A stretch of 64,000 nucleotides of DNA from Eubacteriales bacterium (GCA_045541535.1 JAZQJG010000011.1:11713-75712), one strand, 5' to 3'; positions 17,517 through 26,365 are shown, counted from the stretch's first letter. Program-made: numbers and translations. The notes: generated by a model not told the origin, from the letters alone.

Positions 17517-18683
17517 ATGATCAAAAGTCGAATTGTATATGCTGCGATTTTAATCGCATCATTCATATTTTCTCAGGCGCTGTATGATTCGATCTCGCTG
17601 TTTACGCTGGTTTGTGTGATCATTCTGCCGATTTTATCGGTGATTTTGATGTTGCTTTGTAAGGGTACGGTGGGCATTCGCTCCCGTCTGTCCCAGAGCC
17701 GTGTCAATCGGTATCACGAAACCACGCTGTTGGTGGAGATCAAATGTGGCGCGCCCTTTCTCTCTCCCTTGATGCAGCTTGAATGCATCGTTAACGATCC
17801 GGAGGGGAAGGAGAGCGTGATCCGTCGCCTGCCGGTGGGCTTCAGCCCTTTTTCCAAAACAGTGATTGAGGTGCCCCTGCGCTATACCTACCGCGGCAAA
17901 TACGAGGTGGGCATCCGCTCGGTTGAAATTTACGATTTCCTCCGTTTGTTTAAGATAAGACATAAGATTGACCAGCGGTATAAATTATACGTTACTCCGC
18001 GATTTTTGCCCTCAGAGATTCATTTTTCTCAGGAAATCTATCTGGAGGACGGCAGCAGTACCGATATCATTTCTTCCAGCAACGAGGGCGCAGAACTCTT
18101 TGGCGTGCGGGATTATACCGACGACGATTCCTTGCGTCACGTGCATTGGAATCTCTCGGCGGCCAAGGATGCGCTGATGGTCAAGACCTATTCGGTCAAC
18201 CGTCAGCATCAGATGTACATATTGCTGGATCTTACCGATAAGGAGCATCGCACCCTGCGGGCCCGCCGTCTGGGGGACGCTATGGTGGAAACGGCGCTGT
18301 CCCTTTGCCGTGACTTACTGGACCGTGTGGGCTCGGTTTGTCTGATGTGGCAGCGGGGCGGCCTGCACGAATGCTCGGTGGATTCACCCCAACGGCTCAG
18401 CGTTGCCTATGAAGAGGGGGGGCTTTGCCCCATGCAGTCGGAAAAGGCGTTGGATCGTGCTTTGGGCGAGATCAGCAACGTGCAGGCGCTGTGTATCGTG
18501 ACCGGACGTTTGGATGAGCAAAAGCTCAGCCGTGTGGAAATTTTGCAGAATTCTTTGCATTGTCCCATCCGTCTGTTTGCCTTTGAAAACACTTGTTCTG
18601 TAGAGACGATGTCCCTCTCTGCCAAAAACATTACTCTGGAGATGTTACATCTGGAGGAGATTGAGAAAGGCAGGGTGATCTGA
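17517..18683 (+). CDS. DUF58 domain-containing protein (two N-terminal TM helices)
   Basis: DUF58 signature FGVRDYTDDDSLRHVHWNLSAAKDALMVKTY; 2-nt gap after moxR. Confidence 0.8.
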   Translation: MIKSRIVYAAILIASFIFSQALYDSISLFTLVCVIILPILSVILMLLCKGTVGIRSRLSQSRVNRYHETTLLVEIKCGAPFLSPLMQLECIVNDPEGKESVIRRLPVGFSPFSKTVIEVPLRYTYRGKYEVGIRSVEIYDFLRLFKIRHKIDQRYKLYVTPRFLPSEIHFSQEIYLEDGSSTDIISSSNEGAELFGVRDYTDDDSLRHVHWNLSAAKDALMVKTYSVNRQHQMYILLDLTDKEHRTLRARRLGDAMVETALSLCRDLLDRVGSVCLMWQRGGLHECSVDSPQRLSVAYEEGGLCPMQSEKALDRALGEISNVQALCIVTGRLDEQKLSRVEILQNSLHCPIRLFAFENTCSVETMSLSAKNITLEMLHLEEIEKGRVI

Positions 18684-21289
18684 TGAAACATAAACTTAAA
18701 AAGATCCGACAGGTTGCCGATTATCGCATTTACTCCCATCAATCGGGGAGCGGGGCGCTGAGTTGCTTGATGCAACTGTTACTGCTGTATCTGGCGGTGC
18801 TTGCTACCGTGCTGTGCGTTTCCACCAGCTTGGCAATGAACGTTTCTATCATTGAGATTATTTTGCTCTGTCTGCTGACAACGGCATTGGCTGCGGTCGC
18901 CGTGTGGAACAAGATCACGGCAGGCGTTGCTCTTGGCGTGGTGGGTGCACTTGCGCTAATATTCTTCGGCGCTTTACAGGAGTTTTTTGCCACCCTGCAA
19001 AAGGCGGTATATTTCTGTTACGATCTTGCCTTTGTGATTATGAAAATGCGGGGCTGGAACTATACCAGTAATATGATCACCAGTGAGGAGGAAATTGCCG
19101 CTTTGCTGGAGGACGAGATGCTGGTGCTCTCCTATTTCCGTCACGTTGTCATCGTATTGGCGATCTTTTACGCCATTTGGTACGTGGCCCTTGCTTGGAA
19201 GCGGCCCCGCGTCTGGCTTACCGTTGGTCTGTCGCTGGCAGTGATGGTACCCGGCTTTATGATCGGCCTCGTACCCGGCGCCGCCGCTTTTTCGCTCTTG
19301 CTAGCTTGCGCCTTCGGTTTGTACGTGCAAACCCTTTCGGCCCGTCATTTGGGTCGCATAAGCATCAAGGATTGGTGGAAAAAACTCTTTAAAAAGCAGA
19401 GCCGTGAAGAACGCTTTGCCTATACGATGAAAAGTGGGCTATACGGCATTTGTACCACCGGCGCCTCCTTCGTGCTGATGCTGTTGATCGCACTCTTCAC
19501 CATGCGTACACCGCTGATTGAGCTGGAGGAAATTCGTACCTATCTGGACGAAGGCTCTCGCTATGTATACAATCAGGTTTTCTATTCCCGGCTGGAAACG
19601 CCCGATAACGCCATCGGTAATATGGTGGAAGGGGACTCGCTGGACGTATTGAAGATTCCCGAGATCCACGACGTACCGGTGCTTTACGTTACCTCCGGTA
19701 AAAACGAGGACGTATATCTCCGTGCCTGGATCAGCGACGGCTTTACCAAGGAGGGCTGGACCCTCTTGGACCAGCGGGATCAAACGGATTATGAGCGCAC
19801 GGTGGAAAAGGATGCGGATCCCTATTCCTTTGCTTATCAGTTGCATAAGGTATTTGTGGACGAGCGTCTGGAACTGGAAACCCAGGAAAGCTACGGCTTT
19901 GAAATGGATACCCTGGAGATCAAAGCCCGTTTTAAGAAAAGTCTGGTGGCCCATCTGCCTTCCTACGGCGGTGAAAAATTGACCGATCCTCTGGCTTCTG
20001 CTAATTTTACTGTGAAGGAGCAGGCTCAGTTTGAAGGTAAGCGTCCATCCTACAACACCTACACGGCGGATGCTCTGATTCCCGTTATTACCAGTAAGGG
20101 GTACGTGGGCGCACTTCACGGTCTGGCGGCCCAATACCGGACGCTGTTGTCTTTGGACACCTCGGACATTTCGTCTAAAAATTTCCAGACCTTTAAAAAG
20201 AACGAACGTTCTTATTACGAATATGTTAAAAAGCACTATACCTCCACCACCGGCCTTACCATCAGTTTTGAAAACAAGGCCGCAGAACTGGCCAAAGGAC
20301 ATAAGAGCCAGTTGACGAAAGTATTGGCTATTGAAAAGTATTTCAGAGATAACACCAAGTTTACCTACACCCTCAAGCCGGAGCAGATCAAAAACGCTTC
20401 CATTATGGAGCAGTTGGAATACAGTCTGAACACCAAGCGGGAGGGCTATTGTACCTACTATGCCACGGCGATGACCCTGATGGTTCGTTCGCTGGGCTAT
20501 CCTGCCCGCTACGTTAACGGCTACTATATGCAATCCACTGACAAAGAAGCCAACAAGGACGGAGAATATCGCCGCACCGTAATGGATAACGATTGTCACG
20601 CTTGGGTTGAGGTATATTTTGACGGTCTGGGCTGGATGTGCTTTGATCCCACTCCCAATATGGAAGAAACGGCGGGAGAATTTGAGGCTCGGTATTATGC
20701 GCTGGAACTGGAAAAAGAACCCGGTGACGGCGAGGGCGAGGACAAACTGGAAGAAATCGGTCGCACCCTCAGCGTAGAGGAACAACCCGACGATAACGAG
20801 GTTATGCCGCCGCTGGTGATCGATTACGGTATTTTCGGCGGTAAGGGCTTGCAGATCATTCTTTTGGTGCTGTTGGGCATTTTGCTGGTCGTGTTTGCCG
20901 TGGCTTCCTTACTGTTGTATATCCGTGCCTGCAACCACGCCAAGCGTCGCTTTGAAAGTGTAAAATTGCCGGGTGAGAACGGATTGGAGCCCACGGAGGA
21001 CGAACTGGTCCGTCGGATGCACGCCCTGATTTTGCGTTGGCTGCAACTGAAAAAACTGGTGCGTCAAACCGAGGAAACCGAGCTGGCCTATGCACAGCGT
21101 GTGGACGACACCTTGCAAACGGATAATTCCTTTGCCGCACTGGTCCCCATCTTCCAAAAGGGAGAATTTGGTGATGGGGAGATCATTGAGGATCAACTGC
21201 ATAAAATTGAGTTGTATTACAACGAATTGTATTACAAGCTTCATCACCAAAAGGGTAAATTGCCCTGGTGGCAAAAACTGAAAATCTAA
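18683..21289 (+). CDS. transglutaminase-domain membrane protein (TgpA-like)
   Basis: Polytopic N-terminus; Cys-His-Asp core (EGYCTYYATAM, DNDCHAWVEVYFDGLGWMCFDPT); acidic linker, late TM helix and cytoplasmic tail. The start overlaps the DUF58 stop (TGATG). Confidence 0.8.
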   Translation: MKHKLKKIRQVADYRIYSHQSGSGALSCLMQLLLLYLAVLATVLCVSTSLAMNVSIIEIILLCLLTTALAAVAVWNKITAGVALGVVGALALIFFGALQEFFATLQKAVYFCYDLAFVIMKMRGWNYTSNMITSEEEIAALLEDEMLVLSYFRHVVIVLAIFYAIWYVALAWKRPRVWLTVGLSLAVMVPGFMIGLVPGAAAFSLLLACAFGLYVQTLSARHLGRISIKDWWKKLFKKQSREERFAYTMKSGLYGICTTGASFVLMLLIALFTMRTPLIELEEIRTYLDEGSRYVYNQVFYSRLETPDNAIGNMVEGDSLDVLKIPEIHDVPVLYVTSGKNEDVYLRAWISDGFTKEGWTLLDQRDQTDYERTVEKDADPYSFAYQLHKVFVDERLELETQESYGFEMDTLEIKARFKKSLVAHLPSYGGEKLTDPLASANFTVKEQAQFEGKRPSYNTYTADALIPVITSKGYVGALHGLAAQYRTLLSLDTSDISSKNFQTFKKNERSYYEYVKKHYTSTTGLTISFENKAAELAKGHKSQLTKVLAIEKYFRDNTKFTYTLKPEQIKNASIMEQLEYSLNTKREGYCTYYATAMTLMVRSLGYPARYVNGYYMQSTDKEANKDGEYRRTVMDNDCHAWVEVYFDGLGWMCFDPTPNMEETAGEFEARYYALELEKEPGDGEGEDKLEEIGRTLSVEEQPDDNEVMPPLVIDYGIFGGKGLQIILLVLLGILLVVFAVASLLLYIRACNHAKRRFESVKLPGENGLEPTEDELVRRMHALILRWLQLKKLVRQTEETELAYAQRVDDTLQTDNSFAALVPIFQKGEFGDGEIIEDQLHKIELYYNELYYKLHHQKGKLPWWQKLKI

Positions 21290-21293
21290 TGAA

Positions 21294-21330
21294 AAGAAAG
21301 GAGCAACACGGTTGCTCCTTTCTTGATTTT
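21294..21330 (+). terminator. intrinsic terminator after the transglutaminase gene
   Basis: 14-bp stem AAGAAAGGAGCAAC/GTTGCTCCTTTCTT, then GATTTT. Confidence 0.75.
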
Positions 21331-21340
21331 CTCTATATTG

Positions 21341-21377
21341 AATAAAAACAGGCTCATCCGCTGTGAGATGAGCCTGT
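21341..21377 (-). terminator. intrinsic terminator of the minus-strand glycosidase gene
   Basis: ACAGGCTCATC/GATGAGCCTGT stem, followed on the minus strand by TTTTTATT. Confidence 0.7.
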
Positions 21378-21382
21378 AAAAT

Positions 21383-22564
21383 TTATTTTTCGTTTCGGGT
21401 GGTGTAGGGAGGACGGTCGGTGGGCAGTTGATAATTCTTGGGATCAATGACCAACCAAGCGTTGGGAAGGAAGCGCATACCGTCCGAATCGGAGCCGCTG
21501 GGATTGTTGAGTACCACGTCATTGTGCATCAGTACGGTGGAGGAACCACCGTCCAGATTGGCGGCGTTGTATGCATCAAACTCCAACATCAGGTCCAGCA
21601 GGTGTCGCATGGTGGCGCCGGCTGAGGTGGCGCTACGTCCGTCAATAACCAAAAACAGCACGGTGCCGTCTTTTTTCTGACCGATGGCCGTTCTGGGAGC
21701 ATAGCCCCAGCCACCGTTACCGGAAATGGCGGCCGGCTCACCGTTGATGATCAGGGCGGGGGTGAATTCCACGGCGTCGCGGATGTTCATAGCCTTGATC
21801 TCCGAGGTGGTGTATCTGCCGATGACCAATACGTTTTCATCGTTAAAGCCGATCAGATTGTGATAGGTGGCAGAGGAGTTGTAAATGATGTCTCCGTCTA
21901 CCACAACCATTCCCACGGGGGTGCCACCGTTGCCGAAACCGTTGTTGTCGGCAAAACCACCGGCATTGATACCGGCAATGGCGTTATAGTCGGTGATAAT
22001 ATTGGGCAACTTGGTGCCGTGCTTACCGAAGTTTTGAGGAACACCCAACCGCACCCAGGAGGGATCGGGAATCTCCATCATCCATCCCTTAAAACCGTTG
22101 CGGCTGATGTCGGTGATCTTGATATCTGCAGCGCTGGCACCGGTAGAAACGGTGATATGCGAGGTATCGGTGGAGCCGCTGGGCGGGCTGACCGTATTCA
22201 GCGACATGATGTTGGTGATGGTTTCCTCATCGTAAAACCACTGGGCAAAATACTTGTGGGAGTAGGTGGTCATAGCCGAGGTGACCAGGGTATTACGAAC
22301 AAAGCCCCAGGGACCGTACATCAAGAAACTGCCGAAGATCAAGCAGATCAGGATGGTGGCAAACAGGCTGTAGAAATAAGCTTTGAGCTTTCGGGTCTTT
22401 TTGCGGCCCACCAGCATATCCCAAAAGGTTGCGATCTTACCGGGCGTGCGATCCTTTTTATTCTTTTTTTCTTTCGGCTCCTCGGGAGTCGGCTCTGCGG
22501 CAGGAGCGCTGTGCGCAGTAAAGGCAATGGTGCGCTCCGGCTCGGCGGAATTTTGATTGAACAT
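21383..22564 (-). CDS. phosphodiester glycosidase family protein (NAGPA/DUF2233-like), N-terminal TM anchor
   Basis: INAGGFADNNGFGNGG...VVVDGDIIY...LVIDGR...ANLDGGSST pattern; ATG at 22564 after AAAGGTGAAAG. Confidence 0.7.
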   Translation of the reverse strand: MFNQNSAEPERTIAFTAHSAPAAEPTPEEPKEKKNKKDRTPGKIATFWDMLVGRKKTRKLKAYFYSLFATILICLIFGSFLMYGPWGFVRNTLVTSAMTTYSHKYFAQWFYDEETITNIMSLNTVSPPSGSTDTSHITVSTGASAADIKITDISRNGFKGWMMEIPDPSWVRLGVPQNFGKHGTKLPNIITDYNAIAGINAGGFADNNGFGNGGTPVGMVVVDGDIIYNSSATYHNLIGFNDENVLVIGRYTTSEIKAMNIRDAVEFTPALIINGEPAAISGNGGWGYAPRTAIGQKKDGTVLFLVIDGRSATSAGATMRHLLDLMLEFDAYNAANLDGGSSTVLMHNDVVLNNPSGSDSDGMRFLPNAWLVIDPKNYQLPTDRPPYTTRNEK

Positions 22565-22604
22565 ATCTTTCACCTTTAAAAGTATATTATAATTATGCAC
22601 TATA

Positions 22605-22633
22605 ATTATGCAATAGCCGGGCGGGTTTGTCAA
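22605..22633 (-). promoter_or_regulatory. sigma-A type promoter for the glycosidase gene
   Basis: Minus strand: TTGACA (22633-22628), 17 nt, CATAAT (22610-22605). A second copy of the -10-bearing 12-mer lies 13 nt downstream. Confidence 0.45.
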
Positions 22634-22658
22634 GAAAATAAATATTAATTTTCTTGAC
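22629..22658. promoter_or_regulatory. 30-bp perfect palindrome (candidate operator) in a divergent promoter region
   Basis: GTCAAGAAAAT-8 nt-ATTTTCTTGAC. Each arm provides a TTGACA-like -35 box facing outward. Confidence 0.4.
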
Positions 22659-22705
22659 AGTTACGACTTTTTGGGCTACCCTTGAAGGGTAAGGATGTGA
22701 TTTTC

Positions 22706-23248
22706 GTGGATTTAAAAGAAACTACGCTACAGGAAACAACCGTATATTCTTGTCCTATTTTTAAGGTGACGGAGGGACGGGTGGCTTTGCCCGACGGGCG
22801 TGAGGCGCCCCGCAACCGTGTCATTCACAGCGGCGGCAGCGGCGTGTTGCCCGTGGATGAAAATGGACAGGTGTTTTTGGTGGAACAATACCGCTACGGT
22901 ATCGGCGAGTTGACCCTTGAAATTCCTGCCGGAAAGCTGGAGGTGGGGGAGGACCCCGCCCGGTGCGCCCTCAGAGAACTGGCTGAGGAGGTGGGCGGCG
23001 TTGCCACCGAGCTACAGAGTCTCGGTACCATAGCCGCAACACCTGCCTACGATTCCGAGATCATATATATCTATATGGCCAGATGTACTGAATTGATGCC
23101 CCCAAAACCCGATGACGGAGAATTTTTGCGGATTCGCCCCATGAGTCTGGACACGGCGCTGGAATTGGTTATGAATGGCACCATCACCGATGCCAAAACC
23201 CAGATTGCGCTCTTGAAGGCAGCTAAACTTTTAAAGGAAAACGGATGA
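22706..23248 (+). CDS. NUDIX hydrolase (ADP-ribose pyrophosphatase-like)
   Basis: Nudix box GKLEVGEDPARCALRELAEEVG. The start is uncertain (GTG at 22706 after AAGGA, or TTG 22682 / GTG 22697). Confidence 0.85.
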   Translation: MDLKETTLQETTVYSCPIFKVTEGRVALPDGREAPRNRVIHSGGSGVLPVDENGQVFLVEQYRYGIGELTLEIPAGKLEVGEDPARCALRELAEEVGGVATELQSLGTIAATPAYDSEIIYIYMARCTELMPPKPDDGEFLRIRPMSLDTALELVMNGTITDAKTQIALLKAAKLLKENG

Positions 23249-23270
23249 GGAAGCCTCATCCGTTTTTTTA
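23237..23270. terminator. bidirectional terminator between the convergent NUDIX and rubrerythrin genes
   Basis: 10-bp stem ACGGATGAGG/CCTCATCCGT flanked by A- and T-tracts. It overlaps both stop codons. Confidence 0.8.
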
Positions 23271-23807
23271 ATAATTTTTGGCCTGCAGGGCAAAATCGCT
23301 TTGGGGATGCTTGCACACGGGGCACAGTTTGGGCGCCTCGGTACCTTCGTGAATGTGACCGCAATTGGAACAAACCCATACTGCCTGCTCGTCTTTCTGA
23401 AATACCTTGTTTTCCTGCACGTTTTTAAGCAGTTTATTAAATCGTTCTTCGTGCTGTTTTTCAATTTTTGCCACCGCTGAAAACAGGTATGCCAGTTCAT
23501 CAAAGCCTTCTTCCTTTGCTTCTTCTGCAAAGGTGGCGTACATTTCCGTCCATTCATAGTTTTCGCCCTCTGCGGCCGCTTGAAGATTGTGGGCGGTATC
23601 GCCGAGACTGCCGCCGGACAGAGCGGTAAACCACAATTTGGCGTGTTCCTGCTCGTTGGCTGCCGTCAGTTCCAGCAGATCGGCGATCTGACCATAGCCC
23701 TCTTTGCGGGCCTGTCCCGCATAATAAACGTATTTGTTTCGTACCTGACTCTCGCCGGCGAAGGCGGCCGCCAGATTGGCTTCGGTTTTGCTACCTTTTA
23801 AATTCAT
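23268..23807 (-). CDS. rbr: rubrerythrin (N-terminal diiron ferritin-like domain, C-terminal rubredoxin)
   Basis: [23 protein letters not shown]...EQHEERF and C-terminal CSNCGH...CPVCKHP. Confidence 0.95.
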   Translation of the reverse strand: MNLKGSKTEANLAAAFAGESQVRNKYVYYAGQARKEGYGQIADLLELTAANEQEHAKLWFTALSGGSLGDTAHNLQAAAEGENYEWTEMYATFAEEAKEEGFDELAYLFSAVAKIEKQHEERFNKLLKNVQENKVFQKDEQAVWVCSNCGHIHEGTEAPKLCPVCKHPQSDFALQAKNY

Positions 23808-23811
23808 AAAA

Positions 23812-23860
23812 AATCCTCCTGAATCGTTGATACTGTTAGTATGTTCCGATTCGGAGGATT
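23812..23860 (-). terminator. terminator-like hairpin whose 3' arm carries the rbr SD
   Basis: Minus strand: AATCCTCCGAATCG-20 nt-CGATTCAGGAGGATT (one bulge), then TTTTTT and the rbr ATG. Confidence 0.6.
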
Positions 23861-23865
23861 TAGTC

Positions 23866-24498
23866 TTAATAGCCCAGATTTTCCTTTACAAGAATCACGG
23901 TGATGCGCTGGGGATCCATCTGGGGCCCGCTGACAAGATAATTGCGGCAGATACGTCTTTCCGAGGCGCAGCCGTCGGTCATGGTCGAATCTTCTTTTAA
24001 CAGACTGACACACTTGCCGTTCTCGGCACAATAGGTGGGACAATGCAAACGGGCGGCGTTGCGGGGTGCGGCGACGGTTTTTACTCTGTAAACGGCGGCG
24101 TCCAGATCGGGTACCAGCTTGTTGATGCCGGCAATAACGATCACTCTTTGGGGGCCATAGGCCAGCGCGCTGATCCGATTGCTGTTGCCATCCACGTTGT
24201 AGAGTTCCCCGTTTTCCGTAATGGCGTTACTACTGCTCAAAAAGAAATCGGCGCCGTAACCGGACAGATATACCTCTCTTGCATCGGCTACTGCCGTGCG
24301 GTCCAGATAGCGGTAGTTATGCTCTCTGAGCCAATGGGGGATACCACATTCCTCCAAGGTGACCGAGCCGCCGTGGGTAACACTGCTGCCTTCGGGCATC
24401 AGCTCTGCCAGCAGAGTCGTGACCTCTTGGCGATTTTCGGCGATCATCACCTGCATCCGATTGCGTTTTAAATTCTGAACGGTTTTATCAAGATTCAT
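23866..24498 (-). CDS. LUD-domain (LutC/YkgG-like) protein
   Basis: 210 aa. Pattern typical of lactate-utilisation LUD-domain proteins ([10 protein letters not shown]..., [15 protein letters not shown]). Confidence 0.75.
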   Translation of the reverse strand: MNLDKTVQNLKRNRMQVMIAENRQEVTTLLAELMPEGSSVTHGGSVTLEECGIPHWLREHNYRYLDRTAVADAREVYLSGYGADFFLSSSNAITENGELYNVDGNSNRISALAYGPQRVIVIAGINKLVPDLDAAVYRVKTVAAPRNAARLHCPTYCAENGKCVSLLKEDSTMTDGCASERRICRNYLVSGPQMDPQRITVILVKENLGY

Positions 24499-24504
24499 AA
24501 ATTA

Positions 24505-24546
24505 TCCCTCCCAACTTATTGTATCACAAAAAGTTGGGAGGGACAA
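24505..24546 (-). terminator. composite hairpin: terminator of the M23 gene, embedded promoter, and SD of the LUD gene
   Basis: 13-bp perfect stem (24505-24517 / 24531-24543). The loop contains TGTGATACAAT on the minus strand. TTGTCC -35 at 24546-24541 with a 17-nt spacer. The 3' arm is GGGAGGGA, 7 nt before the ATG. Confidence 0.6.
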
Positions 24547-24549
24547 GAA

Positions 24550-25221
24550 TTATTTATCATAAAGGGTAAGAGGATCAATGGGCTTTCCGTCCGAGGTGAC
24601 CTCAAAATGCAGATGGGGCTCCTGAGCAATTTCAATGATGGCGGTTTTGCCTACTTTGCCGACAGTGTCGCCACAGGAGATAAGCTGATCCTTTTTCAAG
24701 GAAACCGACTTGTCAAGGTTGGCATAAATGCTGACGTTGCCGTCGGGGTGACGAATGCTGACGGTAACACCCATCAGATCATCGGTTTCAATTTTTTCCA
24801 CCACGCCGTCGTTGATGGCCTTGACTTCGGTGCCCAGCGCCACGGTATAATCAATGCCCGTGTGGGTGCGCCAATCGGCCAGCGTTTTGGAATATACGGG
24901 TGTGTCTCCACTAAATCCTACGTCAATGGTTCCATCCACCGGCAAAATATAATCCTTGGTCTGGGTCGTGTTTTCGGGCTGTTTGGTGGGTTTTGACGCA
25001 CTCTCGGCTTGGGGATCGGTGACGTCATCCTGGGGAATTACGGCGTCCTGCGCATCCAGCATATTTTGCTCGGGTAGGGCAGTGTCATCCCAAACGTTTT
25101 GCGCTCTTTGATAAGAGATCAGCCCCACCGCGCCGACGGTGAGGATACATAGCGCTACCGCTATGTAATACTTTCTTTCTTTGATAAATTGCATTACTTT
25201 TGTAAATTTGTTTGAATTCAT
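24550..25221 (-). CDS. M23 family metallopeptidase with N-terminal TM anchor (SpoIIQ-like candidate)
   Basis: LytM motifs HTGIDY and HLHFEV. The single TM helix and the position directly downstream of spoIID match the clostridial spoIIQ arrangement. Confidence 0.8.
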   Translation of the reverse strand: MNSNKFTKVMQFIKERKYYIAVALCILTVGAVGLISYQRAQNVWDDTALPEQNMLDAQDAVIPQDDVTDPQAESASKPTKQPENTTQTKDYILPVDGTIDVGFSGDTPVYSKTLADWRTHTGIDYTVALGTEVKAINDGVVEKIETDDLMGVTVSIRHPDGNVSIYANLDKSVSLKKDQLISCGDTVGKVGKTAIIEIAQEPHLHFEVTSDGKPIDPLTLYDK

Positions 25222-25275
25222 AGCTGTATACCTCCGTCCTTATCTTTGCCGTCCTCGGTGGAAAATATTCGGAAC

Positions 25276-26244
25276 TTAAAAATTATAATTTTGCAGTTCT
25301 ACGCCTTTGTAATAATGTTGAAGAATTTCGGCATACGTTTTGCCTTGCTTTGCCAGTTCGTTGGCACCGTGTTGACTCATACCCACCTGATGGCCGTAAC
25401 CGTGCACCGTAAATACTACCTTTGTATCATTTACCGAAACGGAAAAGGCTGTACTTCGCAGTTCAAAGGCTTGCCGTAGCTCCGTTCCCTTGATGGCTCT
25501 GCCGCATACCGTCACGCTGTCCACACTGCCCGCACTGCCCAGCAGTGGCTTTTCAAACCATTTTTTCGGATCGTCGCCCGGCGTCAAATCCAACGACTCC
25601 AATCGTTTGCGTGTTTCCTGAATCGTATAAGATACGGTGGTTTCATACCCGGCAACGGCAGTGTCCACCGAACTGTCCACCGATACAAGATAGGGAATCG
25701 GAGTGCCCCAAACGTTCTCGGCCGATTCCGTTCTGCCGCTGGAAATGGCGTGAAACACGGCATTGATGATCTGCCCATCATAGGTAATCACCTGTCCATA
25801 TACTTGCTCTACGGCGGAGCGGATGTTGTCGTAATATTTGTCATACCAAGCGGTGCCCCACCGTTGTTTTGCTTCTTTGGGGGTAAGATAACTTTTACAA
25901 TGGGTATGATCGTCGCAAACGTAGGCTTGGGGATGTCCCGTCTCGGCATCGGGATATTTTTGCAGATATTCATAGCGGTACAACGTATAACTGCAAGCCG
26001 CCACCGCCTGCGCCTTTAGGGCTTCTTTTTCAAAATTGGCCTGCATTTCCGCCGAAACTACACCGCATAAGTACTTCTTCAGCGGCACCGTTTCCACCTG
26101 TCCGGTTTCGTGGCGCAGCAGGGTGATTTCAAAGGCTTCGCCGACCGGCGTTGGGTCGGGCTGCTTGTCCCTTCCGTTACAGAGATAGGGGACCATACAA
26201 AAACAAAGAATAAACAGCAAAGGATACCATTTCAGAAGTTTCAT
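25276..26244 (-). CDS. spoIID: stage II sporulation protein D (lytic transglycosylase)
   Basis: SpoIID/LytB-domain motifs (AVFHAISSGRTESAENVWG, GHGVGMSQHGA-like GYGHQVGMSQHGANELA); signal/anchor N-terminus. Confidence 0.9.
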   Translation of the reverse strand: MKLLKWYPLLFILCFCMVPYLCNGRDKQPDPTPVGEAFEITLLRHETGQVETVPLKKYLCGVVSAEMQANFEKEALKAQAVAACSYTLYRYEYLQKYPDAETGHPQAYVCDDHTHCKSYLTPKEAKQRWGTAWYDKYYDNIRSAVEQVYGQVITYDGQIINAVFHAISSGRTESAENVWGTPIPYLVSVDSSVDTAVAGYETTVSYTIQETRKRLESLDLTPGDDPKKWFEKPLLGSAGSVDSVTVCGRAIKGTELRQAFELRSTAFSVSVNDTKVVFTVHGYGHQVGMSQHGANELAKQGKTYAEILQHYYKGVELQNYNF

Positions 26245-26266
26245 TTTTTACACTCCTTTCTGCTAA

Positions 26267-26295
26267 TGAATATGAAACAAGCCCTCCGAAAATGC
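26267..26295 (-). promoter_or_regulatory. possible sigma-E type promoter of spoIID
   Basis: Minus strand: GCATTTT, 14 nt, CATATTCA, compared with the B. subtilis-type consensus kmATATT-14-CATACAnT. The match is imperfect. Confidence 0.3.
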
Positions 26296-26296
26296 C

Positions 26297-26333
26297 AAAA
26301 GACCGTCAGCTGTTTTCCAGCCGGCGGTCTTTT
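26297..26333. terminator. orphan terminator-like hairpin in a divergent intergenic region
   Basis: AAAAGACCG ... CGGTCTTTT 9-bp outer stem plus an inner CTG/CAG stem. U-tracts occur on both strands. Confidence 0.5.
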
Positions 26334-26365
26334 GTCTGTATCAAAGAAAAAGTCATCCTCTTTGC

